Of a stretch of 36,271 bases of DNA, positions 26,334 through 34,730 are shown piece after piece. The stretch's first letter is position 1. Every line of letters begins with the position of its first letter. This stretch comes from a virus. The stretch lies in UHGV virus genome UHGV-0245185. The stretch is one strand, 5' to 3'. The position numbers and the translations under genes are program-made. The notes beneath the pieces are model-generated. The model saw nothing but the letters and a program-made list of their open reading frames with translations. It did no database searches and was not told the origin of the DNA.

Positions 26334-26519
26334 TTAAAGCGTATTCACATAAGCTATTAATTCGTTTTCTTTCTTATCAAACCGATCAGCAAATTCTTCT
26401 TGCTGTTCAGGAGATAGAGGGCCATATTCATCATAAAAGGTGTTTGCTTCTGTATGCTCATCTAGAAGTTCATGGATAAGCTCAAACAATCTGTCTTTTT
26501 GTTCTTTGCTTAGGCTCAT
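26334..26519 (-). CDS. Hypothetical acidic protein (61 aa; tk.1 position)
   Basis: ORF track; ATG start. Confidence 0.5.
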   Translation of the reverse strand: MSLSKEQKDRLFELIHELLDEHTEANTFYDEYGPLSPEQQEEFADRFDKKENELIAYVNTL

Positions 26520-26574
26520 ATATTAATTTCCAGAAGTTTTAAAATAATTCGCTTTTGCTTAAATATTTCCATAG

Positions 26575-26688
26575 TTAAATGATCAGTATCTTTTTACCAA
26601 TTCCAATGGCAAAACCTTTATTAACAGCGAGTTCAATTAAATTATCAAGTTCACGTAACACTTCATATTGTAACTCAAAACTATTCAT
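26575..26688 (-). CDS. Possible small ORF (37 aa), not in the ORF track
   Basis: ATG at 26688 overlaps the upstream stop (ATGA), SD-like GGTGA; translation MNSFELQYEVLRELDNLIELAVNKGFAIGIGKKILII. Confidence 0.3.
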   Translation of the reverse strand: MNSFELQYEVLRELDNLIELAVNKGFAIGIGKKILII

Positions 26689-26897
26689 TTCGGTTCACCT
26701 TCTTTAACGAAATCAGGATAAGGATAAAATCCTGAATAAAATCCTTCACCTTTATGATTGATGCATCCTTTATTAGAACAATAGCACCAATAATCGAAAT
26801 CACAAGTCATTTCATCATTACATAAAGCAAAAACAACTGGCCATTCACACTTTTCGCAGTGGGCATTTTTAAGAATACTTGTTTGGCTCATAACCAT
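26685..26897 (-). CDS. Small cysteine-rich protein (7 Cys; possible zinc-binding)
   Basis: The track start at 26912 is TTG; the ATG at 26897 has SD AAAGGT. Cysteines arranged CEKCEW...C...C..C.C...C. Confidence 0.45.
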   Translation of the reverse strand: MVMSQTSILKNAHCEKCEWPVVFALCNDEMTCDFDYWCYCSNKGCINHKGEGFYSGFYPYPDFVKEGEPK

Positions 26898-27100
26898 GTA
26901 ACCTTTAAACAATATTCTTCTACATGTTGTTTACGACCTTTCTTATCAATAAAGGTATATTCAACGAATGTTCCAATATAGTCTTTATCTACATCATGTG
27001 GACTATTAATTGGGCATTTAGTACGGCAAATGCGTTCCCATTGACGAATAATTTCCACTTTGTTTTTAGGATCAAACGGATGCGGGTAATGTACTTTCAT
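26888..27100 (-). CDS. Hypothetical protein (70 aa)
   Basis: ORF track; ATG start. Confidence 0.45.
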   Translation of the reverse strand: MKVHYPHPFDPKNKVEIIRQWERICRTKCPINSPHDVDKDYIGTFVEYTFIDKKGRKQHVEEYCLKVTWL

Positions 27101-27551
27101 AATCCACCACTATTAAATCAATATCAGGAGTAAACATGTCGATTAATTTAGAAACCTTATCCCAATCGCCGCCAGCAATACCGCAACCTATACGTGGAAT
27201 GTAAATTACTGGTTTAAACAAAAGGGTTTCTGCCTGTAGATTTAATTCTATCATGCAGTTTACTAAAGCACCATAATCAAGATTAGGACCCGGTTCGTAT
27301 TGCGTATACAAATTATAGCACATACTAAATCCTGTAGGATTATGTTTAAAAACAATAGACATATCACCTAATTTATCACGAGAACCGTACTCGGTAGTGG
27401 TTTTATCTATTTCTAAAATTTTGGGATAGGCTCTTGCTAATTGACCTGCTACGCCAGAGCCCATTGTGTGAAAGCAATTGCACCCGTGCGCAATAATATT
27501 ACCTTGAAGAAATAGGGCGACAATATCGCCCTTGATATATTTTACAATCAT
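27072..27551 (-). CDS. Macro-domain protein, TARG1/DarG-like (putative ADP-ribose hydrolase)
   Basis: 159 aa. GDIVALFLQGNIIAHGCNCFHTMGSGVAGQL and IYIPRIGCGIAGGDWDKV parallel TARG1 CISEDCRMGAGIA and PRIGCGLDRL as recalled. Confidence 0.55.
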   Translation of the reverse strand: MIVKYIKGDIVALFLQGNIIAHGCNCFHTMGSGVAGQLARAYPKILEIDKTTTEYGSRDKLGDMSIVFKHNPTGFSMCYNLYTQYEPGPNLDYGALVNCMIELNLQAETLLFKPVIYIPRIGCGIAGGDWDKVSKLIDMFTPDIDLIVVDYESTLPASV

Positions 27552-27889
27552 CTAGTACTCAATCCTCGATTATAAGAATCTACTAAACGGTCAACCATTG
27601 AATGACAAGCGGCTTTATCTTTCTCCTCCGCAACTGAACATTCTAAGGTATTCCACTTTTTAGCATATCGTTTTAACAATGTATCATTTTTATATCTGCT
27701 TGATTTATCTCTTTCTCCGTCTTTATATGCATATATTAATTTCTGCGCAAATTCAGCTTGGCATGCTTTATTTTTCCCACAATAATCCGCGGCAGTACGG
27801 TTTACATACTCTCTAATTTCAGTATATGATGTATCTGCTAACACAGAAAATGAAATTAATCCTATACATAAAACCAAAATTTTAGTCAT
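27548..27889 (-). CDS. Small secreted protein in the T4 vs position (signal peptide, 4 Cys)
   Basis: 113 aa; N-terminal MTKILVLCIGLISFSVLADT. Assigned by gene order only (tk.4 > vs > vs.1 > regB). Confidence 0.45.
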   Translation of the reverse strand: MTKILVLCIGLISFSVLADTSYTEIREYVNRTAADYCGKNKACQAEFAQKLIYAYKDGERDKSSRYKNDTLLKRYAKKWNTLECSVAEEKDKAACHSMVDRLVDSYNRGLSTR

Positions 27890-28427
27890 TTACTATTTCC
27901 AAAAGTTTATTATTTTTAAGGTAATTAGCCTTTTCTAGGACTTCAGAAGCATATTTAGAACCTGCTTTAACATTCCATCCCGAATTATAAGAGGATATCG
28001 CCTTTCTTATATCGCCCTTATGTATATTTAACCAATAAGAAAGTTCAATGTACGCCCAGGAAGCTGAATTGGACCGTTTATTCAACATTCTTTTTATTTC
28101 AGCATCGGTCATATTATAACCAAGTTCCTTAACTCTTGCTCGCATAGTAGGCAAATAATTTTGGAACATTCCATAGGCATGATGCTTTGGTTTAGATTTT
28201 AAATTAACTCCGGCAGAGCTTTCTTGCCATAAAATAGCAGCCATTATATGACCTAATCCGCTCTTGTGGATATTTTTGTGTGTTTTATATTTTCCATCCT
28301 TAGAAAATTGTTCCCCGAATTGATACGCGTAACGCATGTTATCGAGTTGGACATTACTGAAAGTATGCTCGGAGCTATGCGCCATCATTGAAATGGCCAA
28401 TAGACCAGCGAGTAGTGCTTTTCTCAT
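27882..28427 (-). CDS. Lytic transglycosylase-like protein with signal peptide (SLT motifs ILWQESS, YGMFQ)
   Basis: 181 aa; occupies the T4 vs.1 position. Confidence 0.6.
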   Translation of the reverse strand: MRKALLAGLLAISMMAHSSEHTFSNVQLDNMRYAYQFGEQFSKDGKYKTHKNIHKSGLGHIMAAILWQESSAGVNLKSKPKHHAYGMFQNYLPTMRARVKELGYNMTDAEIKRMLNKRSNSASWAYIELSYWLNIHKGDIRKAISSYNSGWNVKAGSKYASEVLEKANYLKNNKLLEIVND

Positions 28428-28434
28428 GCTTACC

Positions 28435-28896
28435 TCATTGAGTTTTAATTACTGCTTTAGAAGCCTTTCCTGGTAAACGACGACTGTTGATAATTGCCAT
28501 CCTGCATTGAAGCGACGGGTCTTTGAACTTCGCATTAGGTTTACAAACTGTAAATCCAAGCCAAAGATTTCCATCTGTGATTTCTAAACGTCCAGGACGG
28601 TATTCAACCCCATCAATAAAATCCTCGTCAATGTCAGGACGCGGAGGCATACTCAGGAATTCATTAACTTCTAAAACATGGTCTTTTATTTTGTGGAATA
28701 ATTCAAAAACATATGTCTCATCAATCTCCCGTTGAATTGCACGATCAAGAAGATGCTGAGAATATTTTAGATGAAACGATGAGACCCCTGCTGCTTTTGA
28801 TGCCTCACGAATCTCATTGTTAATTTGACGAAACTCCGACTCAAAGTGACGACGAAGCTTATTTCGACGGATAAAAACTTCTGTGTTGATAGTCAT
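28435..28896 (-). CDS. regB: Endoribonuclease RegB
   Basis: 153 aa MTINTEVFIRRNKLRRHFESEFRQINNEIREASKAAG...; matches T4 RegB as recalled. Confidence 0.88.
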   Translation of the reverse strand: MTINTEVFIRRNKLRRHFESEFRQINNEIREASKAAGVSSFHLKYSQHLLDRAIQREIDETYVFELFHKIKDHVLEVNEFLSMPPRPDIDEDFIDGVEYRPGRLEITDGNLWLGFTVCKPNAKFKDPSLQCRMAIINSRRLPGKASKAVIKTQ

Positions 28897-28903
28897 GTTA
28901 TTC

Positions 28904-28953
28904 TCCTCTTAACTGATAGAAAAATTATACCACAGTCAAGAGGAAAAGTAAAC
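28904..28953 (-). promoter_or_regulatory. Early promoter for regB with SD-sequestering stem
   Basis: Minus strand GTTTAC-TTTTCCTCTTGACTGTGG-TATAAT-TTTTCTATCAGTT-AAGAGGAG-AATAAC-ATG. TCCTCTT in the spacer pairs with the SD AAGAGGA. Confidence 0.55.
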
Positions 28954-28955
28954 AG

Positions 28956-29234
28956 TTATTCTTTAAATCTAATCAATTTATTCATAGACTTTGAAACTTC
29001 TGCACGGACCTCATGTAGGTTTTTAAGCTGCTCAAGACGCTGCTCATAGTAAGCAATTTCATCTTCTTCGAGACAGTCCTGTGAATCTTCTTTAAGATAA
29101 CGTGCATAGTCCTGGAAAGCTTTACGGACTACTTCTTGGAAGTCATCAAGACTTTGAATTTTCTTAGGAGCAACAGATACACGACGAGGGGCAGTATAAT
29201 ACTCATAACCAAACCCTGCGCTTAATTGAGCCAT
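28956..29234 (-). CDS. Hypothetical protein (92 aa; vs.3 position)
   Basis: Track 28956..29276; the ATG at 29234 overlaps the upstream stop by 1 nt (TAATG). Confidence 0.5.
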   Translation of the reverse strand: MAQLSAGFGYEYYTAPRRVSVAPKKIQSLDDFQEVVRKAFQDYARYLKEDSQDCLEEDEIAYYEQRLEQLKNLHEVRAEVSKSMNKLIRFKE

Positions 29235-29500
29235 TAATATTTTTCCTCTGGTTGGAACACAGCACGACAAGCCCACATACTGGCTTCTTTGAGTTTCGTT
29301 TTAGCAATAGTTAACTGATCGAGGCTTTCAGCATAATTCTTCGCGAATTCACAGTCTTCACAATTATCTAGTGCTTCCCAGAATTCATCATATAAAGCGT
29401 CAAAGATAAGTCCTAAACGAACTTCAGCATCTTTGATTGCATTCACTTTACCGATTTTCTCTTCAGTATGTGGCTTATAACCCTTAATGTCTTCAATCAT
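29234..29500 (-). CDS. Vs.4 / Acb2-like protein (putative cyclic-oligonucleotide sponge, anti-CBASS), assigned by position
   Basis: The track start at 29536 is TTG; the ATG at 29500 has SD GAGGAAG. Fourth ORF after regB, as for T4 vs.4, which I recall being reported as an Acb2 homolog. Confidence 0.45.
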   Translation of the reverse strand: MIEDIKGYKPHTEEKIGKVNAIKDAEVRLGLIFDALYDEFWEALDNCEDCEFAKNYAESLDQLTIAKTKLKEASMWACRAVFQPEEKY

Positions 29501-29714
29501 ATTTGACTTCCTCGCCAGTACATAAATCATATTCAACTAAACGAATAGGTTCATGAATGCCATATCCTTGAACAGAAATTTCTGTCGTAGGATAAATTCC
29601 ACTAATATCACCCATATTCCACGCTTCATTAAATTGCTGTTCGCCTGAATTACTAAACCACTCGGCGAAAGCATTTAACACATCTTTAGAACCTTCAATA
29701 ATTATCTTTGCCAT
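29493..29714 (-). CDS. Hypothetical acidic protein (73 aa; vs.5 position)
   Basis: ORF track; ATG overlaps the upstream stop. Confidence 0.5.
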   Translation of the reverse strand: MAKIIIEGSKDVLNAFAEWFSNSGEQQFNEAWNMGDISGIYPTTEISVQGYGIHEPIRLVEYDLCTGEEVKYD

Positions 29715-30076
29715 TACAAGCTCTCAGTAAAGGTACGAGCGATAACGTCGCGCTGCTGTTCCGGAGTCAGAGAGTTAAAGCGAACTGCATAACCGGATAC
29801 GCGGATGGTCAGCTGCGGATATTTTTCCGGATGCTTAACTGCATCTTCCAGCGTTTCACGACGCAGAACGTTAACGTTCAGGTGTTGACCACCTTCAATT
29901 TTAACTGTAGGTTGTGTTTCAATTTCAATTTCACGGGCATGCAAACCGTAGAAAATTTCTGGGTCTACAAAAGAGTCCTCTTTAAAGGTTTTAGAGACAA
30001 TAATTCGTGCTTGAATACCATCTTCAAAATAAATAGTACCTTTATGTGTGCCTTCAAGAATTTGATATGCTTTCAT
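29714..30076 (-). CDS. Autonomous glycyl-radical cofactor protein (GrcA/YfiD-like)
   Basis: C-terminal [57 protein letters not shown] is the glycyl-radical domain. The track start at 30088 is TTG; the ATG at 30076 has SD GAGAGGG. Confidence 0.8.
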   Translation of the reverse strand: MKAYQILEGTHKGTIYFEDGIQARIIVSKTFKEDSFVDPEIFYGLHAREIEIETQPTVKIEGGQHLNVNVLRRETLEDAVKHPEKYPQLTIRVSGYAVRFNSLTPEQQRDVIARTFTESL

Positions 30077-30084
30077 ATACCCTC

Positions 30085-30414
30085 TCAATTAGAAAATAAA
30101 TTTATCCAAGATTGCTCTTTAATTAAAAATGGCTCAGAATCATATGCCATCAAACTTTGGGTGATTAGTCCTTTAAAAGGTCCATCAATAAATTCCATGG
30201 TAAAATATGGAATTTTATTCATTAATCTTGCATTAGGAGCAGTGCACAAAACTCTGCATCCTTTGAATACGCCTTTTTGTAATTTGTATTGCTTAGGATA
30301 AAATTCGCTCAAGACGTTGTTATTTGCCAAAATTTCAAAATGATTCACCAATTTATTTTTAATAGTTTTTGGCGAAAAATAAAGATATTCGAAAAGTTGC
30401 GTGTCTGTCATCAT
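30085..30414 (-). CDS. Hypothetical protein (109 aa; vs.7 position)
   Basis: Track 30085..30465; the ATG at 30414 overlaps the upstream stop (ATGA). Confidence 0.45.
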   Translation of the reverse strand: MMTDTQLFEYLYFSPKTIKNKLVNHFEILANNNVLSEFYPKQYKLQKGVFKGCRVLCTAPNARLMNKIPYFTMEFIDGPFKGLITQSLMAYDSEPFLIKEQSWINLFSN

Positions 30415-31001
30415 TGCATCCCAATTACGAAAAACTGCGGACGAGTAATACCACCGATGCAGCATTTACTATTGCAACAGTATTGTACAGTTTCAATATG
30501 AATATCGTAAATTTTATCCATATCAGGAGATTTAACAGGCTCATCGATTATATACAGAATTCGAGAAAGCGTTAAACCTCTGAACTTGCTACCTCTATTA
30601 CCAACAAAACTACGGACAGAATCAGTAAATAAACGGAATCGAATATCATCGCTAGAATAACGAGAAAATTCTTTTTTAATGTGGTCCGCAGAAATTTTAG
30701 CGTAAGATGAAGTATTAGAAAGAACAATAACTGTTCCACCGTCATACAACCAATTAGCAGCAAAGTTAGTCACAGCAATTGATTTACCGGATTGACGTCC
30801 ACCATCTAGTCGAAGTGTGCAGTATTCTTTAAATAAATGTGGCGAATCAGGTACATAAAATCCACTATTACAAATTTCTTCTACTCTAGCATCAGAATGG
30901 TGTGTAAAAGCATTCATCAGGGATAGATAAGGACCAGTTAAAAATGTTCTCATTTTGTTATCTCTAAATTTGGGCCATTCCATGGCGCATGAATTTTCCA
31001 T
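30411..31001 (-). CDS. Small P-loop NTPase-like protein (Walker A GGRQSGKS, Walker B ILYIIDEP)
   Basis: ORF track, 196 aa; start uncertain (ATGs at residues 1, 7 and 17, none with a clear SD). Confidence 0.5.
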   Translation of the reverse strand: MENSCAMEWPKFRDNKMRTFLTGPYLSLMNAFTHHSDARVEEICNSGFYVPDSPHLFKEYCTLRLDGGRQSGKSIAVTNFAANWLYDGGTVIVLSNTSSYAKISADHIKKEFSRYSSDDIRFRLFTDSVRSFVGNRGSKFRGLTLSRILYIIDEPVKSPDMDKIYDIHIETVQYCCNSKCCIGGITRPQFFVIGMQ

Positions 31002-31145
31002 TTCTGTATTTACCCATTACCGCACTTGGGCTCGACCTTATTACAGGTTGGCGGGAATCCCTCATAGAATCATGAGGTCCAGCTTGTTCCCATGTTATTT
31101 AAATGTAAATATTTTTGCCGTAATACTTATACCAGTGTGGCTTCA

Positions 31146-31514
31146 TTAAAATTTTTCATTGAGTCGTTGTTGACTCAATTTAATAGCTGATTTGCATGGA
31201 TTATAATCATTTTTCCATTCTGCTGGAATATCGCTGATGTCAGGAACTTCAGTATCTTTTATACTAAACCCACGTTTTAAGCATTCCATTATAATGTCTG
31301 ATTGACGTTTTCGCAAAAATTCTAACTTATCGTAAAAGAACGTGACATGACCAGAACCTAAAATAAACTCGGAAGATATTTTAAAATCTTTAACCCGTTT
31401 ACCATTTGCCACGTGTTTACGAACTATACCAAAAACACGTGGCAATTCACGGTATTCCGCAATTAAATGTTGGTCAGCAAGTTCAGATACTAAAGTCAAA
31501 TTAATACGAGTCAT
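31146..31514 (-). CDS. denV: Endonuclease V (pyrimidine-dimer DNA glycosylase) DenV, truncated at 122 aa by a frameshift
   Basis: [29 protein letters not shown]... matches T4 DenV as recalled. The missing tail [18 protein letters not shown] is encoded in the adjacent frame at 31099-31160. Confidence 0.85.
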   Translation of the reverse strand: MTRINLTLVSELADQHLIAEYRELPRVFGIVRKHVANGKRVKDFKISSEFILGSGHVTFFYDKLEFLRKRQSDIIMECLKRGFSIKDTEVPDISDIPAEWKNDYNPCKSAIKLSQQRLNEKF

Positions 31515-31520
31515 TTTATC

Positions 31521-31569
31521 TCTCCAAGTAACTGTGAATATACTATCACAATTCTAGGAGAAAATAAAC
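31521..31569 (-). promoter_or_regulatory. Early promoter upstream of denV
   Basis: Minus strand GTTTAT-TTTCTCCTAGAATTGTGA-TAGTAT-ATTCACAGTTACTTGGAGAGATAAA-ATG. About 85% identical over 40 nt to the module upstream of ipII. Confidence 0.55.
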
Positions 31570-31571
31570 TG

Positions 31572-31874
31572 TTATTTACCTTTAATTACTTTAGCTGCTT
31601 CGATAGCCGCTTGCTGAAGGTCATCCATAGACATACCGAATTTAGAAGCAAAGTTATCAATTTTCTTTTCGACAGCATTCAAAGGCTTGGCCTGTTTACC
31701 TTCATTAGCGCCAGGAAGAGCGAGAATACGCTCTTTGTCAATATAAAGGCTTACAAGTTTCTTACGGTCTTTATCGGACAAATCGTGAAATGAATGGGCC
31801 TTTTTATTTATAGCGGCTTCTAATTTACCTGCACTCACTCGCGCTTCAGTAATAAATTCTTGATATGTTTTCAT
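31572..31874 (-). CDS. ipII: Internal protein II (IPII)
   Basis: 100 aa with the conserved internal-protein N-terminal capsid-targeting sequence MKTYQEFITEA; position between denV and e. Confidence 0.8.
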   Translation of the reverse strand: MKTYQEFITEARVSAGKLEAAINKKAHSFHDLSDKDRKKLVSLYIDKERILALPGANEGKQAKPLNAVEKKIDNFASKFGMSMDDLQQAAIEAAKVIKGK

Positions 31875-31911
31875 ATGTTTCCTTTAAATATTTTAATTAG
31901 TAATTGTGAAT

Positions 31912-31941
31912 ATACTATCGCAGTTTTAGGAGAAAATAAAC
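31912..31941 (-). promoter_or_regulatory. Early promoter upstream of ipII (near-duplicate of the denV promoter)
   Basis: Minus strand GTTTAT-TTTCTCCTAAAACTGCGA-TAGTAT-ATTCACAATTAC...; abuts the lysozyme stop. Confidence 0.55.
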
Positions 31942-31945
31942 AACT

Positions 31946-32476
<531 letters not shown>

Positions 32477-32932
32477 TTAAAAGAGGTTGTTCATTATTCT
32501 GTAAAGTGAAGGACCCATCACATATTGCCACTGAGTACGAGGAATAAGAGCAAAAGCATCCATCTCTGGAATCATAACGCCATCTTTATTTTCAAAATAA
32601 GACTCGCAATGGCAATTTCTAAACATCTCATGCTCTACTGGAATCGTATAATAAAATAACTGTAAGTCTTTATTACTAGAATATTTAAATACACCTAAGT
32701 CTTCTAGAAGGTCTGGATTATAATTGCTAAAGCCAGTCTCTTCTAAGCATTCTCTTCGTGCTGCATCTAGTGCGCTTAAATCAGAACTTTCTACACGCCC
32801 CTTTGGAATATCCCAGCGATGTGCCATCATTCCATGTTTACGAGAACCAGTAACTCGTCCCATAAATAAATCTTTATCTTCTGTCATAAAGATAATACCA
32901 GCTGATAGTGTTTTCATTTTAATTTCCTGCAT
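32477..32932 (-). CDS. nudE: Nudix hydrolase NudE (e.1)
   Basis: 151 aa with Nudix box GRVESSDLSALDAARRECLEETG. The second in-frame ATG at 32917 overlaps the e.2 stop (ATGA). Confidence 0.85.
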   Translation of the reverse strand: MQEIKMKTLSAGIIFMTEDKDLFMGRVTGSRKHGMMAHRWDIPKGRVESSDLSALDAARRECLEETGFSNYNPDLLEDLGVFKYSSNKDLQLFYYTIPVEHEMFRNCHCESYFENKDGVMIPEMDAFALIPRTQWQYVMGPSLYRIMNNLF

Positions 32933-33402
32933 TCAGTGATAAAATTATTTAAATTTTGAGCATATTTCTTTTCATCAAAAATCTTTTGTTGTCTGCGCAT
33001 CCGCCATGGCATTTCAATGAACATGTACCATATTCCTGATAATATTGATGCTGTAAAAATATTAACAAGTATGGTTAAAAGAATCCAATCTCCTATTCTG
33101 TCCATTGGATTTTTTATAAAAAAGTAAAATACGAATGATGACACAGGAAGACTAATGATATACCACAGAATCATAATCTTATCTGTGAACCATTCAGCAT
33201 TCGTTAACTTAGCACGACCATTATGAATACACACGAATTTATCATCTGTTACAGTAGATGGCTTAACTGCTTGATATCCCATTCTAAACTCCCTAATTAA
33301 TCGTTTCTTTGTATCTTCAGAACAGCCGCTCCAGTCAACTCTATCAACTGAAATGCCATCGTCCCCATCATCTAAATCATACCAGCGAGTTTTTAAAATC
33401 AT
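32914..33402 (-). CDS. Membrane protein (162 aa; e.2 position)
   Basis: ORF track; transmembrane segments; C-terminal ...FITECRKLK. Confidence 0.55.
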   Translation of the reverse strand: MILKTRWYDLDDGDDGISVDRVDWSGCSEDTKKRLIREFRMGYQAVKPSTVTDDKFVCIHNGRAKLTNAEWFTDKIMILWYIISLPVSSFVFYFFIKNPMDRIGDWILLTILVNIFTASILSGIWYMFIEMPWRMRRQQKIFDEKKYAQNLNNFITECRKLK

Positions 33403-33761
33403 TTAATTTTCCTACAATCACTCACAAACTCTTCCATTGATTCTTTTTCAATATAAGACATATAGCTATTATATTCCTTTAATTGTATTTTGTAATCCTT
33501 TTTTCTTTGCCAATTTATTTTAAAATTATCATAATGAAAATATAACATGGTACCAAAGAATGAAAATAATGAAATCGCTATAGTATAATGAAGTTCACTC
33601 CAAACCTCTGTTATAATTGCTGAACCATCGACGTTTAAAATAAAACAGTCAATCATTAATCCAATAAAACTACCCGCAAGAGCTGCAAATACTGATACAG
33701 CAAGAATTAACATTGCCTCGAGAAACGAATATTTGACTTTATTTAGTTTTGGCTTTTGCAT
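33399..33761 (-). CDS. Membrane protein (120 aa; e.3 position)
   Basis: ORF track; transmembrane segments; C-terminal ...FVSDCRKIK. Confidence 0.55.
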   Translation of the reverse strand: MQKPKLNKVKYSFLEAMLILAVSVFAALAGSFIGLMIDCFILNVDGSAIITEVWSELHYTIAISLFSFFGTMLYFHYDNFKINWQRKKDYKIQLKEYNSYMSYIEKESMEEFVSDCRKIK

Positions 33762-34135
33762 CGTGATTCCTTAACAAATTTCATAATTTCATCAAATTCA
33801 TACATATCTAGCTTAAGCTGGTGTTCCTTTTTGATCTTTTTACACTGAGCTTTCCATTCACGTACACGTTTACGATAATGTCTTCCTTGATACCAATATC
33901 CTACCCAATTTACAGGTACTAATAAAAATGGAACTACTAATGGAAGAATTAATACTAACAGAAATATTATGCCAGATTCAATATCAGTCATAACGTCTAT
34001 AACCATTCCAGCAATCAGCAGAATCACAAATGATACAGCTGTCACAGGACCTATTAATACATCAGTAGAAATTAGCTGACGCTTTGGTTCATACTTCACA
34101 GGTTTACTTGGAAGGTATAGTGATGGCTTTGACAT
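33743..34135 (-). CDS. Membrane protein (130 aa; e.4 position)
   Basis: The track start at 34156 is TTG; the ATG at 34135 has SD AAGGAA. C-terminal ...FVKESRCKSQN. Confidence 0.5.
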   Translation of the reverse strand: MSKPSLYLPSKPVKYEPKRQLISTDVLIGPVTAVSFVILLIAGMVIDVMTDIESGIIFLLVLILPLVVPFLLVPVNWVGYWYQGRHYRKRVREWKAQCKKIKKEHQLKLDMYEFDEIMKFVKESRCKSQN

Positions 34136-34712
34136 ATTCTCTACATTCCTTAACAAATTTTTCTAATAATAAATCGCTTTCAAAATTGGGATTTTCTACG
34201 AATTTATCAAAAAGATCATCAACAATAGTTAAGATATTCTTTTTACTAAGAATACGCTTATTTTCATATTTTGTTTCAGAGTCAACTATAAGAGTAAAGA
34301 AATATTTCTTTCCCTGAAATTTTACCGTAGTATCAATATAAAATAAATTTGATTTTTGTAAATTACGTTTAAACCATGCATCACTTAAACTATAAACGCC
34401 AAGATAATCATAATCGTCGTTTAAATAACAAACCGTCCATTCAGGGGAAATGAAATCAGTAAATTCAACATCAAAATCACACGTCAATGAATGAATTGAT
34501 TCAATACTGTTAATGAGTATTCCAGGACGTATTAAAGACTTTTTACCTCTAGAAAATCTTCCGGAAAGGCTTTCATCGGTTTCATATGAAGACCCCCAAT
34601 AATAATTACGTCCTTCTGCCATACGTTTAAGAGCATTTAGTAATTGGTCTGGAACATCAACCTGTCTTTGAAACTCTTCAAACATTGAATTGAAATCACT
34701 TTGCATTTTCAT
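34104..34712 (-). CDS. Hypothetical protein (202 aa; e.5 position)
   Basis: ORF track; ATG start; C-terminal ...FVKECREYVKAITIPSK. Confidence 0.55.
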   Translation of the reverse strand: MKMQSDFNSMFEEFQRQVDVPDQLLNALKRMAEGRNYYWGSSYETDESLSGRFSRGKKSLIRPGILINSIESIHSLTCDFDVEFTDFISPEWTVCYLNDDYDYLGVYSLSDAWFKRNLQKSNLFYIDTTVKFQGKKYFFTLIVDSETKYENKRILSKKNILTIVDDLFDKFVENPNFESDLLLEKFVKECREYVKAITIPSK

Positions 34713-34730
34713 TCCTATTTACTCCAAGTA

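Noticed and set aside
29708-30301. Plus-strand ORF of 197 aa (the longest plus-strand ORF in the track)
   Set aside because: Lies antisense to the GrcA-like and vs.7-position genes, which have strong minus-strand support; Cys/Phe/Asn-rich low-complexity translation typical of antisense reading of AT-rich coding DNA; no SD or promoter.
31875-31945. Internal protein III gene between ipII and e
   Set aside because: Only about 70 bp separate ipII from e and they are filled by a promoter; no ORF is present.
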